64,000 nucleotides of DNA, from positions 27,267 through 91,266 of the forward strand of contig JAGNEJ010000002.1 in NCBI GenBank assembly GCA_018003315.1. Direction: 5' to 3'. A program made the position numbers and the translations under genes. Under the pieces are notes generated by a model. The model saw only the letters and a list, made by a program, of their open reading frames with translations, made no database searches and was not told the origin of the DNA. Below are positions 51,690 through 62,077 of this stretch, piece after piece; the first letter of the stretch is position 1; every line of letters starts with the position of its first letter. The DNA is from Verrucomicrobiales bacterium. GTDB lineage: Bacteria > Verrucomicrobiota > Verrucomicrobiia > Verrucomicrobiales > V1-33.

Positions 51690-52672
51690 TTCAGGGCGTT
51701 GACGATGGTGGCCATATTTGCCTTCAGCATTCCCGGCACCGTGCCGCGGTCCGCCCGGATTCCGTCGCCCACTTCGACGAAATCCCCGGGCGTGGAGAGG
51801 GCATCGCTCAGCAGCTCGCCGCCCACCTTGGCCCCGGTGTCGCGGGAAATGCGATTGATGGTCGTGGGTGGCACGCTGCTTTCCACAAACACGGCCTTCA
51901 GCCCGCTGCTTTTCACAATGTCGATCATCCGCGCCATGTCATTTCCAGAGGCCTCGCTGTCGGTGGAAATGCCCTGGATGCCGTGAACGGTCAGGCCATA
52001 GGCGCGCCCAAAATAGCGGAATGCATCGTGGCTGGTGATCAGCACCCGGGCCGCTGGCGGCAGCTCCTGCACCTTGGCCTGCAGCCAGCGGTGCGTTTCC
52101 GCCAAACGTTCCTGGTATTCCCGGGCACGCTGGTCGATTTCGCCGCGGCGTTCTGGTGCAATTTCCCCCAGTGCCCTGGCGGAAGCAGGAACCGTCTGCG
52201 ACCACAGGCTGGCATCACCCCAAATGTGAGGGTCCACATCCTGCGCGGATCCGGTCAGCAGTTGATCTTTTGGAAGACTGCCGCCCAGCGAGACCACGCT
52301 GCGGCCCTGATGGGCCAGTTTTTCGAAGGTGTCGGTCATCCGCCCTTCCAGGTGCAGGCCGGAATAGACAATCAACCGGGCCCGCTGCAGTTTTTTGATG
52401 TCCTCCGCCGTCGGTTTGTAGAGGTGCGGATCCACGCCCGGACCCATCAGGGATTCAATTTCAAATGCGTCCCCGGCGATCGAGCGGACCAGATCGGTCA
52501 CCATCGTGGTGGTGGTCACCACCACCGGCCTGCCGTTGCGCTCGTTCGCTCCGCCGCCCTGCCGCGCATCGCCATCCCGATGACAGGCGCACAAAGCCAG
52601 CATCGCCGCAATGGCGGCCACCGGCAAAACCAAAGCATCACGGAGAAAAGAAAACCGCATGGCAGCAACCAT
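51686..52672 (-). CDS. metal ABC transporter substrate-binding (lipo)protein, cluster A-I (ZnuA/MntC/TroA-like)
   Basis: A lipobox-like signal (AAMLALCAC). Metal-site motifs are GVDPHLY, DPHIW and ITSHDAFRYF. It is the first gene of the operon. Confidence 0.85.
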   Translation of the reverse strand: MVAAMRFSFLRDALVLPVAAIAAMLALCACHRDGDARQGGGANERNGRPVVVTTTTMVTDLVRSIAGDAFEIESLMGPGVDPHLYKPTAEDIKKLQRARLIVYSGLHLEGRMTDTFEKLAHQGRSVVSLGGSLPKDQLLTGSAQDVDPHIWGDASLWSQTVPASARALGEIAPERRGEIDQRAREYQERLAETHRWLQAKVQELPPAARVLITSHDAFRYFGRAYGLTVHGIQGISTDSEASGNDMARMIDIVKSSGLKAVFVESSVPPTTINRISRDTGAKVGGELLSDALSTPGDFVEVGDGIRADRGTVPGMLKANMATIVNALK

Positions 52673-52742
52673 TCCCGGACTCCCCGGGGTTTCAACCGGT
52701 ATCCTGACCTGACTTCACTGCCATCGCAGAACCAGCCGGGGG

Positions 52743-53978
52743 CTAGGGTTGCGCGGCTTTTCCTGCCAGGATTTCCACGTCCTTGAACTCCACCTGCATT
52801 TCCATGCCGCCGTGCAGTTGGAATCCAAAATGACCCTCGCGGCGGCCCTGGTCACTGGTCAGCTCCGCGCTCTTCACCCAACGGAGGGTGTTTTTGTCCT
52901 CCCACCGCCAGACCTGGACCACGGTGCGATTTCCCTGACAAATCACGCACATTTCATTCCACTCATGCGGCTTGTAAACGGCTTCCATGCTTTTGGGATC
53001 CGTCTGGGCGACCCAGCCGCGGCCGCCGGTTTCATACAGCCCGCCGGTGGCGGGGGTTTCGTCCAATTCCGCCTGAAAGCCCGCCACTGCCACCGCATCC
53101 TGAACCCGTTCGCTGCGGAAATAAAAGCCGCTGTTGCCCTTGGTGACGCGGAATTTGAAACGAATCGCAAAGTCAGACCATGACTTGTCGCTCAAAAAAA
53201 TGCCGTGGCGCGATTCGCCCTGCGGGCTGGTCCCGGTCAGGATGCCATTGATCATTTCCCATTTGCCGCCGGGGGTGGGCTGCCATCCCTGGGTTTTTCC
53301 GTCTGGAAATGCGGGCACCCATTTCGCCTCGCCCAGGTCCTGAATGCGGAGGTTCCGCCAGCGGGCGGTTTTGCCGACTTTGGCGGCATCGTTGCCCACT
53401 CCGTGAACCTGCAGGCCGATGAATCCCCGGGTCGTGAAGGCATCGAGCAAGTCCGCACAGGGCACGCCGTTGACGAAGGTTTTGAGGTGCGGCCCGATCG
53501 CCTCGACGCGCACCTGATTCCAGGCTCCGCCGCGTTTGGCGGCATTCTGTGCAGCGGGACGGTCCTTCAGGTTGAAGAGCCAGCCGCGCCGCCCTTCCTC
53601 GTAGAGGCCGCCGGTCCATTTGCGGTTGGGCTGGTCCGCGTCGATCTCCACCTGATAGCCGTGGACCCGGCCGTTGTGAAAATCCGGCAGACTGTTGCTG
53701 CGAATCTGCACGCCGCTGTTCAGGGTGTCCTCGACGCTGAATTCATACTCCAGGATGAAGTTGGAGAAGCTTTTTTCCGTGCAGAGAAAGCTGTTCGGTT
53801 CGCGGGGGACCGAGGTGCCGATGATGACCCCGTCCTTGAGGACATAGGCGGCTTTTCCTCCGAGCTGTTTCCAGCCGGCGAGGGAATCCCCCTGAATGAG
53901 GTTGGTCCACCGCTCCTCGGCGGTGGCGGCAGTCAGGGAAACGGCGGCAATGAGCAGCGGCAGCAGGGAATGTTTCAT
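52743..53978 (-). CDS. secreted protein with two DUF1080 (3-keto-disaccharide hydrolase-like) domains
   Basis: ORF 52743..53996. ATG 53978 gives the signal peptide MKHSLLPLLIAAVSLTAATA. There are two copies of the W..LI.G.SL.GW....G...W / SGVQIRS..EYQ / NG motif pattern (GDSLAGWKQLGG..; GKTQGWQPTPGGKWEM..). Confidence 0.8.
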   Translation of the reverse strand: MKHSLLPLLIAAVSLTAATAEERWTNLIQGDSLAGWKQLGGKAAYVLKDGVIIGTSVPREPNSFLCTEKSFSNFILEYEFSVEDTLNSGVQIRSNSLPDFHNGRVHGYQVEIDADQPNRKWTGGLYEEGRRGWLFNLKDRPAAQNAAKRGGAWNQVRVEAIGPHLKTFVNGVPCADLLDAFTTRGFIGLQVHGVGNDAAKVGKTARWRNLRIQDLGEAKWVPAFPDGKTQGWQPTPGGKWEMINGILTGTSPQGESRHGIFLSDKSWSDFAIRFKFRVTKGNSGFYFRSERVQDAVAVAGFQAELDETPATGGLYETGGRGWVAQTDPKSMEAVYKPHEWNEMCVICQGNRTVVQVWRWEDKNTLRWVKSAELTSDQGRREGHFGFQLHGGMEMQVEFKDVEILAGKAAQP

Positions 53979-54106
53979 GACGAAATGAAAAGGCATTCAC
54001 TCACCATGAACCGGACGGCACCGTCAATGCAGCCACCCGCCGTGAATGCGGTGGCAGCGCCGACATCGCCATTGCGCCTCCCGCCCGCCGCACGCACCAT
54101 CCGCCC

Positions 54107-54589
54107 ATGCTCAGAATCGAAATCTCCGTCGCCCGCCAGGAACTGTGCCTGATTTCCGATGATGGTCGAACGTTGCAACGCTGCGTCGTTTCCACCGCCG
54201 CGGAGGGAATCGGGAGCCAACCGGGCAGCAACAAAACCCCGTCCGGACGCTTCCGCATCAAAAACAAAATCGGAGCCGGAGCGCTGTGGGGAACCATTTT
54301 CATTTCCCGTCAGGCAGTTGGCTTGTGGAGTCCGGCCTTTCCCACGGACAATGACCTGATCACCTCGCGCATCCTGTGGCTCGACGGCATGGAAAAGGAG
54401 AACGCCAACACCCACAGCCGCTACATTTACATCCACGGCACCAACCAGGAGCATCTGCTGGGCACTCCCGCCAGCCACGGCTGCATCCGCATGGCCAACC
54501 ACGATGTCATCGCGCTTTTCGACTCCGTCAAAGTGGGGACCGAAGTCACCATCCTGACAGCAGGGGTCGGGCGCCGGAAAAAACCGTGA
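54107..54589 (+). CDS. L,D-transpeptidase (YkuD) domain protein
   Basis: The catalytic motif is YIYIHGTNQEHLLGTPASHGCIRMANHD. No signal peptide is seen. Confidence 0.8.
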   Translation: MLRIEISVARQELCLISDDGRTLQRCVVSTAAEGIGSQPGSNKTPSGRFRIKNKIGAGALWGTIFISRQAVGLWSPAFPTDNDLITSRILWLDGMEKENANTHSRYIYIHGTNQEHLLGTPASHGCIRMANHDVIALFDSVKVGTEVTILTAGVGRRKKP

Positions 54590-54598
54590 GGGCCGCAC

Positions 54599-55972
54599 TT
54601 ACCGGCTTCCAGATTTCTTTCCGTGCTGTTCCATGCGGCAGAGCAGATAGATGGCGATGCCCGCAGCGAGCGTTGCCAGGCCTTTTTTGGCTGCTTCATG
54701 GGAACCGGTTAGAAAAATGGTCATGGCCACGGCCTCCCAGAGCAGAAACAGCACGGGAGTGACCGGGTATCCCCAGGCGCGGTAGGGACGCGGCAGGTTT
54801 GGCTCGCGAACTCGCAGCACAAAGACTCCCAGCACGGTCAGGAATACGGAAACCTGGAGCAGGAAGGTCACGTAGAGCACCAGTTGGTCGGGCGTTTCGA
54901 AGACAAACACATAGGTGGCAGCCAGCACGCTTTGCAGCCAGATGCCCGCAGTCGGTACGCCGTGGGCATTGGTCCGGCCCAAAAGCGAGAGCATCCGGTA
55001 GTCCTGGCCCATGCGCTGGGTGACCCGCGGGCCGGTCCAGGTCATGGCGCTCACCGAAGAAATCAGGCCAAGGCAGACCAGCACACTAACCACCCGTGCC
55101 CCGCTGCCGCCGAACACGGCATGGGCAGCGACAAATGCCGGAGTGCTCAGGTTGGCGGGATCCACGTAGGCGGACATGGGAGCGACATGCAGAAAGGCGG
55201 CGTTCAGCGCCAGGTAGAGCACGAACACCACGCCGACGCCAATGAGCAAAGCCAGCGGCACGCGGCGCTGAGGTTCCGCCACTTCCGATGTGATGTAACA
55301 GGCGGCATTCCATCCCGAGTAGGCGTAGAGCACATAATACAGCGACGTAACGAAAGGATCGGTCGGCACCGCCTGCCAGTCGCTCACACTGGGAAGCCAC
55401 TGCACCGGCTGCGGCTGCGGAACAAACCAAAGACAGGCTCCGACCAGCGCCGCGAGCAGCAGCACCTTCAGGGCGGTAAACCACCCGTGAAACCGGCTGG
55501 CAGTGCGCAGGGAAAACACATGGAACAGCGTCACCAGGAAAATCAGGCCCGCGGCAATCGCCTTGGTGGTCCACTGGACGCCGTCACCGGACCAGCCCGG
55601 CGCCAGGCCATTGAGCAGATACCCCGCAAAGGCCACCGCCGCAAAGGCCACCGGTCCGGGAAATCCGGCAATCAGGGAAATCCACCCGCTCAGAAAACCG
55701 ACCCCCGGATGGTAGATGCGCGACAGAAAATGGTATTCCCCGCCGGATTTGGGCAGGGCTGCCGCCAGTTCCGCATAGCTCACCGCGCCGAGAAAGGCAA
55801 TCGCAGCCCCCAGCGTCCAAAGCAGCACGATGTGAAAGGCGCCCGGCACGGCCGCCAACTGGAATCCCAGACTGGCATACACCGCCACTCCGATCATGCT
55901 CCCCACGACCACGGCCACGGCACCTGGCAGACGGATTTGGTGGCGGGAAACGGGTGCAGACGGAGCATTCAT
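54599..55972 (-). CDS. APC-superfamily amino acid permease
   Basis: The ORF starts at TTG 56017; ATG 55972 (MNAPSAPVS) is preferred. About 12 TM helices. The motif is GSMIGVAVYASLG..YAELAAALPKSGGEYHF. Confidence 0.85.
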   Translation of the reverse strand: MNAPSAPVSRHQIRLPGAVAVVVGSMIGVAVYASLGFQLAAVPGAFHIVLLWTLGAAIAFLGAVSYAELAAALPKSGGEYHFLSRIYHPGVGFLSGWISLIAGFPGPVAFAAVAFAGYLLNGLAPGWSGDGVQWTTKAIAAGLIFLVTLFHVFSLRTASRFHGWFTALKVLLLAALVGACLWFVPQPQPVQWLPSVSDWQAVPTDPFVTSLYYVLYAYSGWNAACYITSEVAEPQRRVPLALLIGVGVVFVLYLALNAAFLHVAPMSAYVDPANLSTPAFVAAHAVFGGSGARVVSVLVCLGLISSVSAMTWTGPRVTQRMGQDYRMLSLLGRTNAHGVPTAGIWLQSVLAATYVFVFETPDQLVLYVTFLLQVSVFLTVLGVFVLRVREPNLPRPYRAWGYPVTPVLFLLWEAVAMTIFLTGSHEAAKKGLATLAAGIAIYLLCRMEQHGKKSGSR

Positions 55973-56060
55973 GGCGGTGAAGATTCCGCCAGTAAATGGC
56001 CTTTCCCCGCGCTGCAAGCGGCTTGTCCCTTGCAGCCATCGCCGACAGCACCGTCGGCGC

Positions 56061-56792
56061 TCAGAGGGCCACCCCTTCCTTTTTGAGTTGGCGCTGGAGA
56101 TCCCAGTGCATTAAAACCGCACCGATTTCAGCGAGCAGCAGCACTGCCCACAGCGCCCAGGTGAGCCGTGCGGAGCTGCCGGCAACCCAGGGGATCAGAA
56201 AACAACCGAGGGCGAGGATGGCCACCCGCATGCCGCAGCCGAGACCGACGGCATAAAAAGGAGGTCCGTGCCGGTAAAGCATGCGAACCCGTCCGGGCAG
56301 CACCAGGAGCACACCCAGCGCGGCACCCAGCATCGGCCAGTGCATCTGGTGGCCGACAATCCAGTTCCACATCCGAGTCCATTCCAGATCCGCCTGCCGG
56401 GACCAGCCCTGCCCTTGGCGATGCGCCTGAATGGCTGTGTACACCGCGGCGGCCACCATCAGCAAAATCAGCAGAAACACGCCCCCGCGGGCATCCTTGC
56501 GAATGGCCGGATGGCGCAGCTTCAACTGCAAAAGCGGCAATGCTATGAGCAAAACCAAATACTCCGCCGCCATGGGCAGCGCCAAGTGAATCGCGGTGGC
56601 CTTACCCTTGAGGATCGCCTTGGCGGTGAATGCGGCAATGATGCCGGCCGTGCCGATGCGCATCGCGGCGCGTCCGGGAGTCAATTCCCCTCCTTCCACC
56701 CGCACCAGATGGCGGGCGTCCTCCACGCTGAGACGAGTGTCCTGGCTTCGACTGCCGGAGGAGAGGGCGAAAAATCGTTTGGATCGCTTCAT
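56061..56792 (-). CDS. hypothetical polytopic membrane protein
   Basis: Five or six hydrophobic helices. I recognise no family. The start overlaps the stop of the upstream GT2 gene (ATGA 56789-56792). Confidence 0.55.
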   Translation of the reverse strand: MKRSKRFFALSSGSRSQDTRLSVEDARHLVRVEGGELTPGRAAMRIGTAGIIAAFTAKAILKGKATAIHLALPMAAEYLVLLIALPLLQLKLRHPAIRKDARGGVFLLILLMVAAAVYTAIQAHRQGQGWSRQADLEWTRMWNWIVGHQMHWPMLGAALGVLLVLPGRVRMLYRHGPPFYAVGLGCGMRVAILALGCFLIPWVAGSSARLTWALWAVLLLAEIGAVLMHWDLQRQLKKEGVAL

Positions 56793-57565
56793 GGGAAATC
56801 CCGTGCCGGTTCCGCGGGTTTCCAGTCACCCAGCCGCCGTTTGAGTTTCAGGAGCGTGGATGCCATCGAGAAAATACTTCCGATTCCCAACCGGCTTCCC
56901 GGACTTTCCTCCCAGGAAATGGGAATGCTGGCAATGCGGAAACCGCCTTCGAGCAGGCGAAAAGTCAGTTCGATGTCAAAACAGAAGCGCTCCTCCTGCA
57001 AACGACCCCTGATTTCCCGGTATGTCCCGGCGGCAACCACCTTGAATCCGCACTGGGTGTCGGGTACCGGAAAGGCAAAGAGTCGGGCGACCAGACGGCG
57101 GAAGCCAATTCCGGTCAGCCTCCGCTTGTAGTTCCTGCGCACCACGGTGCCGGCTTCACCAGTTCGAACGGCAAATACCGCATCCGCTTCGATTCCTGCC
57201 CGCACCTGTTTGAAGACCCGCACCACCTCCTCGGGCGCGACCGCCCCGTCGGCATCGACAAAGGCCAGCCAGGGTTCGTCGGCTTCAGATTTCCAGCCGG
57301 TGTAAACGGCATGCCCCTTTCCCCCATTGTCAGGGTGCAGCAGCGGAGGACTGAGAAAGGGAAACCGCCGCTGCAGGTCGCTGGCATACAGTTGGAGCCA
57401 GCTTTGCTGGTCCGGTCCGGATCCGTCATCGACGATCTGCACACGAACGCGCAGCCCGCTTCTGGCAAGCGTTTCGCAGAGACGGGGAAGAAACCGGGGG
57501 AGGCGATCCCGCTCTCGATAGCAGGGGATGACGAGCAGAAATTCCAGGGGCACTGCAGACAACAT
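56789..57565 (-). CDS. family 2 glycosyltransferase (polyprenol-phosphate glycosyltransferase-like)
   Basis: The ORF starts at TTG 57613; ATG 57565 gives MLSAVPLEFLLVIPCYRERDRL. Motifs are VDDGSGPD, FVDADG and TQCGFKV. Confidence 0.8.
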   Translation of the reverse strand: MLSAVPLEFLLVIPCYRERDRLPRFLPRLCETLARSGLRVRVQIVDDGSGPDQQSWLQLYASDLQRRFPFLSPPLLHPDNGGKGHAVYTGWKSEADEPWLAFVDADGAVAPEEVVRVFKQVRAGIEADAVFAVRTGEAGTVVRRNYKRRLTGIGFRRLVARLFAFPVPDTQCGFKVVAAGTYREIRGRLQEERFCFDIELTFRLLEGGFRIASIPISWEESPGSRLGIGSIFSMASTLLKLKRRLGDWKPAEPARDFP

Positions 57566-57643
57566 GGGCGGAGTGTCCCGCTCGTAAATGCAAATCTTGC
57601 CTTGAGCCTGCAATCCCGTCCGCTGCGGCGGGGAAACCGGTTC

Positions 57644-59854
57644 TCACTGGAGTCCAGCCAGTTTTCGTCCCACCCAGTAAACGACCAGAAGGCCGAGGAT
57701 GGCGCCGCACCACCACGGATGACACCACAGCCGGAATCGCTGTTCTTCCTGACGGGGTTCCGGCAGGACGCTGATCTGGCTGATGAGGGCGGCCAGATCC
57801 CCAGGGCCGCCGAATTTTCCTGACGAAATCGCGGCGATTTCGCGAAGCACATCCAGTTTCGCAGGCTGCCCCACCTTTTCCAGCGTCGGCACGGTAACAT
57901 CGATTTTGGTTTTCAATTTCCTGCCGGCATCCGGCGCGTTGACTTCCACTTCGTAGGTGCCCCCTTCCCGGGGAATGAACTGTCCGGCATGCACGCCCCA
58001 CTCGGCGTTTTCCATGGCCAGGTCCACCGTCTCGGCCACGCCGCCGGGCGCCTTGAGAGTGACACTGACTTTTCCGGTGCTGATGGGGATGCCCAATTTG
58101 TCCATCACGGTGGCGCTGAGCCGGACTTTTTCGCCGCGTTTGGGCGCTTCTGGATTGAAGAAAAAGCGCAGGCCTTCCTCCTGAGCGAGGTGGCGCTGGT
58201 GGGCCATCCAGCGGACGACCTGGCCCCAGAAGCGGTAATGATAGGTGTCTTCGACCCCCTTGCGCCAGCGCCAGGCGGCGTCGGTGCCCATGTAGAGCAC
58301 CTTGCCATTGCCGAAATTGCGGGTGACCAGCAGGGGGATGCGGCCGTTCTGATTGCGGGCCACTTCGTGCACGGCCAGCACCTCGGATCCGGCCCTGGCC
58401 CGGACCACCGGCGCATACCAGTAAAAGCCCGGCAGCCCTTTCCACACCGCCTGATTGGCCGCCGGGTCGGTGGAAAGCATCGTCAGCCAGTGGTCGCGTC
58501 CGCGGAAGGTCAGCTCCAGTTTGGATTCGACCGCTGAGGAGTTCCCGACTGCCTTTGAATAGTCCACTTCGACCGGGAGCATTTCCTGCAGCGGCGACTC
58601 GGCCAGCGTTTTGTGCCGTCCCAGCGAGCCGGGCAGGAATACCAGTCCGCTGGCCTGCTGTTCCACCAGGCCGCGGATCCGTTCGGCATCCTGCTGGGAC
58701 AACTGGGCGCCCACGCCGACATCCCCGAGAAAAATCACATCGTAACCCTGCAGATCTTCCTTCTTTTCAGGAAATGCGTTGAGGTATCCGTTGCCCTGCC
58801 CCATGCCGAGTTGGGGATGGTAGAGCACACAGTTCACCGCCACCCCCGGGTCCCGCATGAGTGCGTTGCGCAGGTAGCGGAATTCCCACCGCGGCTGGGA
58901 GTCGAGCACCAGGACCTTGAGCGTTTCCTTGCGGATGGCCATGCGGAAGGTCCGTTCGTTGTTGGCGGGAAACACCTCCTCCTTTTCCACGGGCAGGCTC
59001 AGCTTGAATTCGCCCTCGCCCTCCTGCTGGGGGGTGACCACCACCATTTCCTGCACTTGGCCCATGGGCGGCAGGACGATCTGCTTCTGTCCGGTGGCTC
59101 CGCCGGGACCGGCCACGGTCAGGGTGGTTTTGACTTCGCGATTGAGGCGGTTCTGCACCGTGGCCATGACGCTGATGCGTTCGTTGAGCAGTCCATAAGT
59201 CGGCGCCAGCACCGACTGCAGGTCCACATCCGGCAGGTAGTTTTCCGATCCGACACCGACGGCAAAGATCGGCACGCCCTTCTGCTGCAGAGCCGACGCC
59301 GCGGTGGCGGGGGTCTTGGCCGGCGGCGCGAGGTTGGCATCGCCGTCGGTCAGCAGGACCACGGCACGCAGGTCATCATACTGCCTGGCGGCTTGGTCCA
59401 GCGGGGTGAAAATGTCCGTTCCGACCTCCGTTTCCACATCCGCCCTGGCATCCGGAGGCGGCGGCACCGAAAAGGGCTCCACACTCACCTGGTAGCGGGC
59501 CTCCAGCGGCTTCCAGAATTGCGCGTCGATTTGTTTTTTCAGCCATTCCTCACGCGCTGCGGGCGGCTGGTTTTCCAACATCACATCCCTGGTGGCCATG
59601 GAGCCGGAGCCGTCATGCAGAATGAGGATGCGGGGCTGCTGCGTGCGCTTCATGACCGCCACCCGTTCGGGCCGCAGCAGGGTGAATGCCACCAGACCGG
59701 CAACCAGCAGACGGAGCAGGTGCAGCAGCACCATGCGCCGTGACGCCCCTTCCCGCTTCAGGCAACGGATGAAAAACCACACCGATGCCGCGAGGAAAAC
59801 CGCCGCGATGGCGATGACCCAGGGGGAGTGGTTGAATTGCCAGGAGGAGGTCAT
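57644..59854 (-). CDS. membrane protein with vWA-like and class-I glutamine-amidotransferase-like domains (Bat-type operon member)
   Basis: ORF 57644..60013. ATG 59854 gives MTSSWQFNHSPWVIAIAAVFLAASVWFFI. The vWA-like region is ILILHDGSGSM..VVLLTDGDAN. The C-terminal TM helix is WWCGAILGLLVVYWVG. Confidence 0.7.
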   Translation of the reverse strand: MTSSWQFNHSPWVIAIAAVFLAASVWFFIRCLKREGASRRMVLLHLLRLLVAGLVAFTLLRPERVAVMKRTQQPRILILHDGSGSMATRDVMLENQPPAAREEWLKKQIDAQFWKPLEARYQVSVEPFSVPPPPDARADVETEVGTDIFTPLDQAARQYDDLRAVVLLTDGDANLAPPAKTPATAASALQQKGVPIFAVGVGSENYLPDVDLQSVLAPTYGLLNERISVMATVQNRLNREVKTTLTVAGPGGATGQKQIVLPPMGQVQEMVVVTPQQEGEGEFKLSLPVEKEEVFPANNERTFRMAIRKETLKVLVLDSQPRWEFRYLRNALMRDPGVAVNCVLYHPQLGMGQGNGYLNAFPEKKEDLQGYDVIFLGDVGVGAQLSQQDAERIRGLVEQQASGLVFLPGSLGRHKTLAESPLQEMLPVEVDYSKAVGNSSAVESKLELTFRGRDHWLTMLSTDPAANQAVWKGLPGFYWYAPVVRARAGSEVLAVHEVARNQNGRIPLLVTRNFGNGKVLYMGTDAAWRWRKGVEDTYHYRFWGQVVRWMAHQRHLAQEEGLRFFFNPEAPKRGEKVRLSATVMDKLGIPISTGKVSVTLKAPGGVAETVDLAMENAEWGVHAGQFIPREGGTYEVEVNAPDAGRKLKTKIDVTVPTLEKVGQPAKLDVLREIAAISSGKFGGPGDLAALISQISVLPEPRQEEQRFRLWCHPWWCGAILGLLVVYWVGRKLAGLQ

Positions 59855-59885
59855 TGCGGCGGAAAATGCATCGTGTGGTTTGCGA

Positions 59886-61946
59886 TCAGACGGATGCAGG
59901 CTGCGGATGATTGCTGGCGGCGGCATTCCCGGACGGCGGGCCCGGCCGGGATGCAGCCGCCTTGGGTGCGGTCTGTCCCGGCCGCACCGGCAGCATTGGC
60001 TTGCTGGTGGCAATGAACATTTCCAGACACATGGCCAGCATCGCGACCACCACCATCCACTGCCAGATTTCCGTCTGCAGCCGGTCCGCCTTCAACTCGA
60101 TGGCACCGGTCATGACGGTGAGCTTCACCCCCTTGAGCATTTCCGGCAGTTTGTCAGGCCCGACCGCATCCGCATTGTCCTCCGATTCCGGACGGTTGAG
60201 GGCGATGCGGCGTCCGCTGTTTTGATAGACTCCCGCATTCCAGCGCCAGTCGCGCCGCTCCTCTGTGTCCACCGCCCGCCAGACCTCCTGCGGTTCCGCG
60301 GGCTTCCATTCACCCACGGTGGCCAGCGTCGGCGGGGCGATGCGCGAGGCCCCCAGGGCAAGCAGACGCTGAATCATCGGCAGCATCACGAATCCATCCT
60401 CCAGACTGCTCCATTCCGCGTCCGGCAGCGTCGCACAGGCGAACACCTGTCCGGCGCCGATCCGCCGCCCGGCCAGAAAGGTTTTCCCATCGGCAAATGT
60501 GCCATACACATGCACCGCAGGGTCATTGAGCGCCGGCGCCTGGCGGCGAAAAACTTCCAGCCGGGCCAGGGGCAGAGGCTGGCCGCTGTCGGTTTTTGCC
60601 AGCGGTCCGTCCAGGTCGTCCCAGGTCGCCACGCGGAAGGGACCCTCGATGGGAGCCGGTTCCGGTGCCTGCCAGGAAATGCCAAACGGCGCGGAGGATG
60701 CGTCCGCAACCGGCGGGAAACACACCACCACCCCGCCGCTTTCCACGAAGGACTGGAGGCTTTTCCCCACGTTCTCCGACGGCGCCCCTCCCTGCCAGAC
60801 CACCAGCGCTGCGTCCTTCCAGGGAATGGCATCGCCCCGCGATGATTGCAGGTGCAGCGCCTTGCGCTCAGTGCGGGCCGGGTCCGGCGCGGCAGCCAGG
60901 GTCAGCCGGGCGCAGGAGGGATGGTCGCCCACCACCACCGTGGTGAGCGGAACCGGCGGGGCATAGACGAAATGGACGACGTTGTCCGCGCGGTTTTCAT
61001 CGGCTGGCAGGGAAATTTCGCCGTGACCTCCGCCGGGGTCGATCCGGGGAATGTCAAACCGCAGCACCTGGCGCTGCAGCGCGGAAGCCATGGCCACATC
61101 CTGCTGGCTGCGGACGCCGTCGCGAAGAATGGTCAGGGGAATGGAGCCGCTGCCGTCAGTGGAACGGATTTCCAATGCCAGCGCCAGTTTGCCCTGCTGG
61201 TTTTTCGTTCGGAAATCGACCCCCCGCAGCACGATTCCGGAGTTCTTTTGAACCGGCATGGAGAGGTCCACAATGCGCACCGGAGTCTGCTGGGGCAGCG
61301 CGGCAAAGCGGGCGGAGAGATCCTGCCAGTCGGGATGGTCCGGGCGCCAACTGCTCGCCTGGAGGTCACTGGCCAGCCAGATTTCGGCGCTGCCGGGCTT
61401 GTTGGTGTTCAAATACTCCAGCGCGGTGCGCAACATGGCCGGAATGTCCGCCGCCGCATCCGTCGCGGTCGCCAGCGACAAGGTGGAGAGCGCCGCGCCG
61501 CCGGCGACATCCACGGGCTGGCGCAGTGCGCTTTCGATGAGGACAAAGCGGCTGCCTTCACTTTGCTGTGCAGCCTTTTCCAGCAGTTTGAGCGCATGTT
61601 CCCGCCGGCTTTCCTGGCGATCGGGTCCGGTGGCTTCCATGCTGGCCGAACGGTCCAGCAGGATCAGCACGGTCTCGGGCGCCCCGCCCGCGGCAGCGCC
61701 GATCCAGCCTCCAATCAACGGGCGGGACATCGCCCAGATGAGAAAAAGAATGAGCAGCATCCGCGAGGCCAAGAGCAGATACTGCCGGACCTTTGCCCGC
61801 CGCGTGGCGGACTTGTTCGCCTTGAGCAGAAACATCATGGCCGCCCAGGGCACCGTTTTATAGCGCAGCCGGTTCAACAAATGGATGAGCAGCGGCAGCA
61901 GCACAGCCGGCAGCGCATAAAGCATCCAGGGTTGAAGAAAAGCCAT
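59886..61946 (-). CDS. BatA N-terminal double-TM domain protein with vWA-like region
   Basis: MAFLQPWMLYALPAVLLPLLIHLLNRLRYKTVPWAAMMFLL is the BatA-type N-terminus. Further motifs are LILLDRSASM and a C-terminal TM helix (WQWMVVVAMLAMCLEMFI). Confidence 0.75.
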   Translation of the reverse strand: MAFLQPWMLYALPAVLLPLLIHLLNRLRYKTVPWAAMMFLLKANKSATRRAKVRQYLLLASRMLLILFLIWAMSRPLIGGWIGAAAGGAPETVLILLDRSASMEATGPDRQESRREHALKLLEKAAQQSEGSRFVLIESALRQPVDVAGGAALSTLSLATATDAAADIPAMLRTALEYLNTNKPGSAEIWLASDLQASSWRPDHPDWQDLSARFAALPQQTPVRIVDLSMPVQKNSGIVLRGVDFRTKNQQGKLALALEIRSTDGSGSIPLTILRDGVRSQQDVAMASALQRQVLRFDIPRIDPGGGHGEISLPADENRADNVVHFVYAPPVPLTTVVVGDHPSCARLTLAAAPDPARTERKALHLQSSRGDAIPWKDAALVVWQGGAPSENVGKSLQSFVESGGVVVCFPPVADASSAPFGISWQAPEPAPIEGPFRVATWDDLDGPLAKTDSGQPLPLARLEVFRRQAPALNDPAVHVYGTFADGKTFLAGRRIGAGQVFACATLPDAEWSSLEDGFVMLPMIQRLLALGASRIAPPTLATVGEWKPAEPQEVWRAVDTEERRDWRWNAGVYQNSGRRIALNRPESEDNADAVGPDKLPEMLKGVKLTVMTGAIELKADRLQTEIWQWMVVVAMLAMCLEMFIATSKPMLPVRPGQTAPKAAASRPGPPSGNAAASNHPQPASV

Positions 61947-62077
61947 GGGAGGGAATCAGATTTCGAAAACGATCAGCCGGAACGCCGCAGGTTCCGCCGC
62001 GCTCCATGCCGGGCCCTTGCCCGGCGCGCCAGGGTTTCGCCACCGCATTGGATCGGCCACAGCCATTTCCGCGGTCG

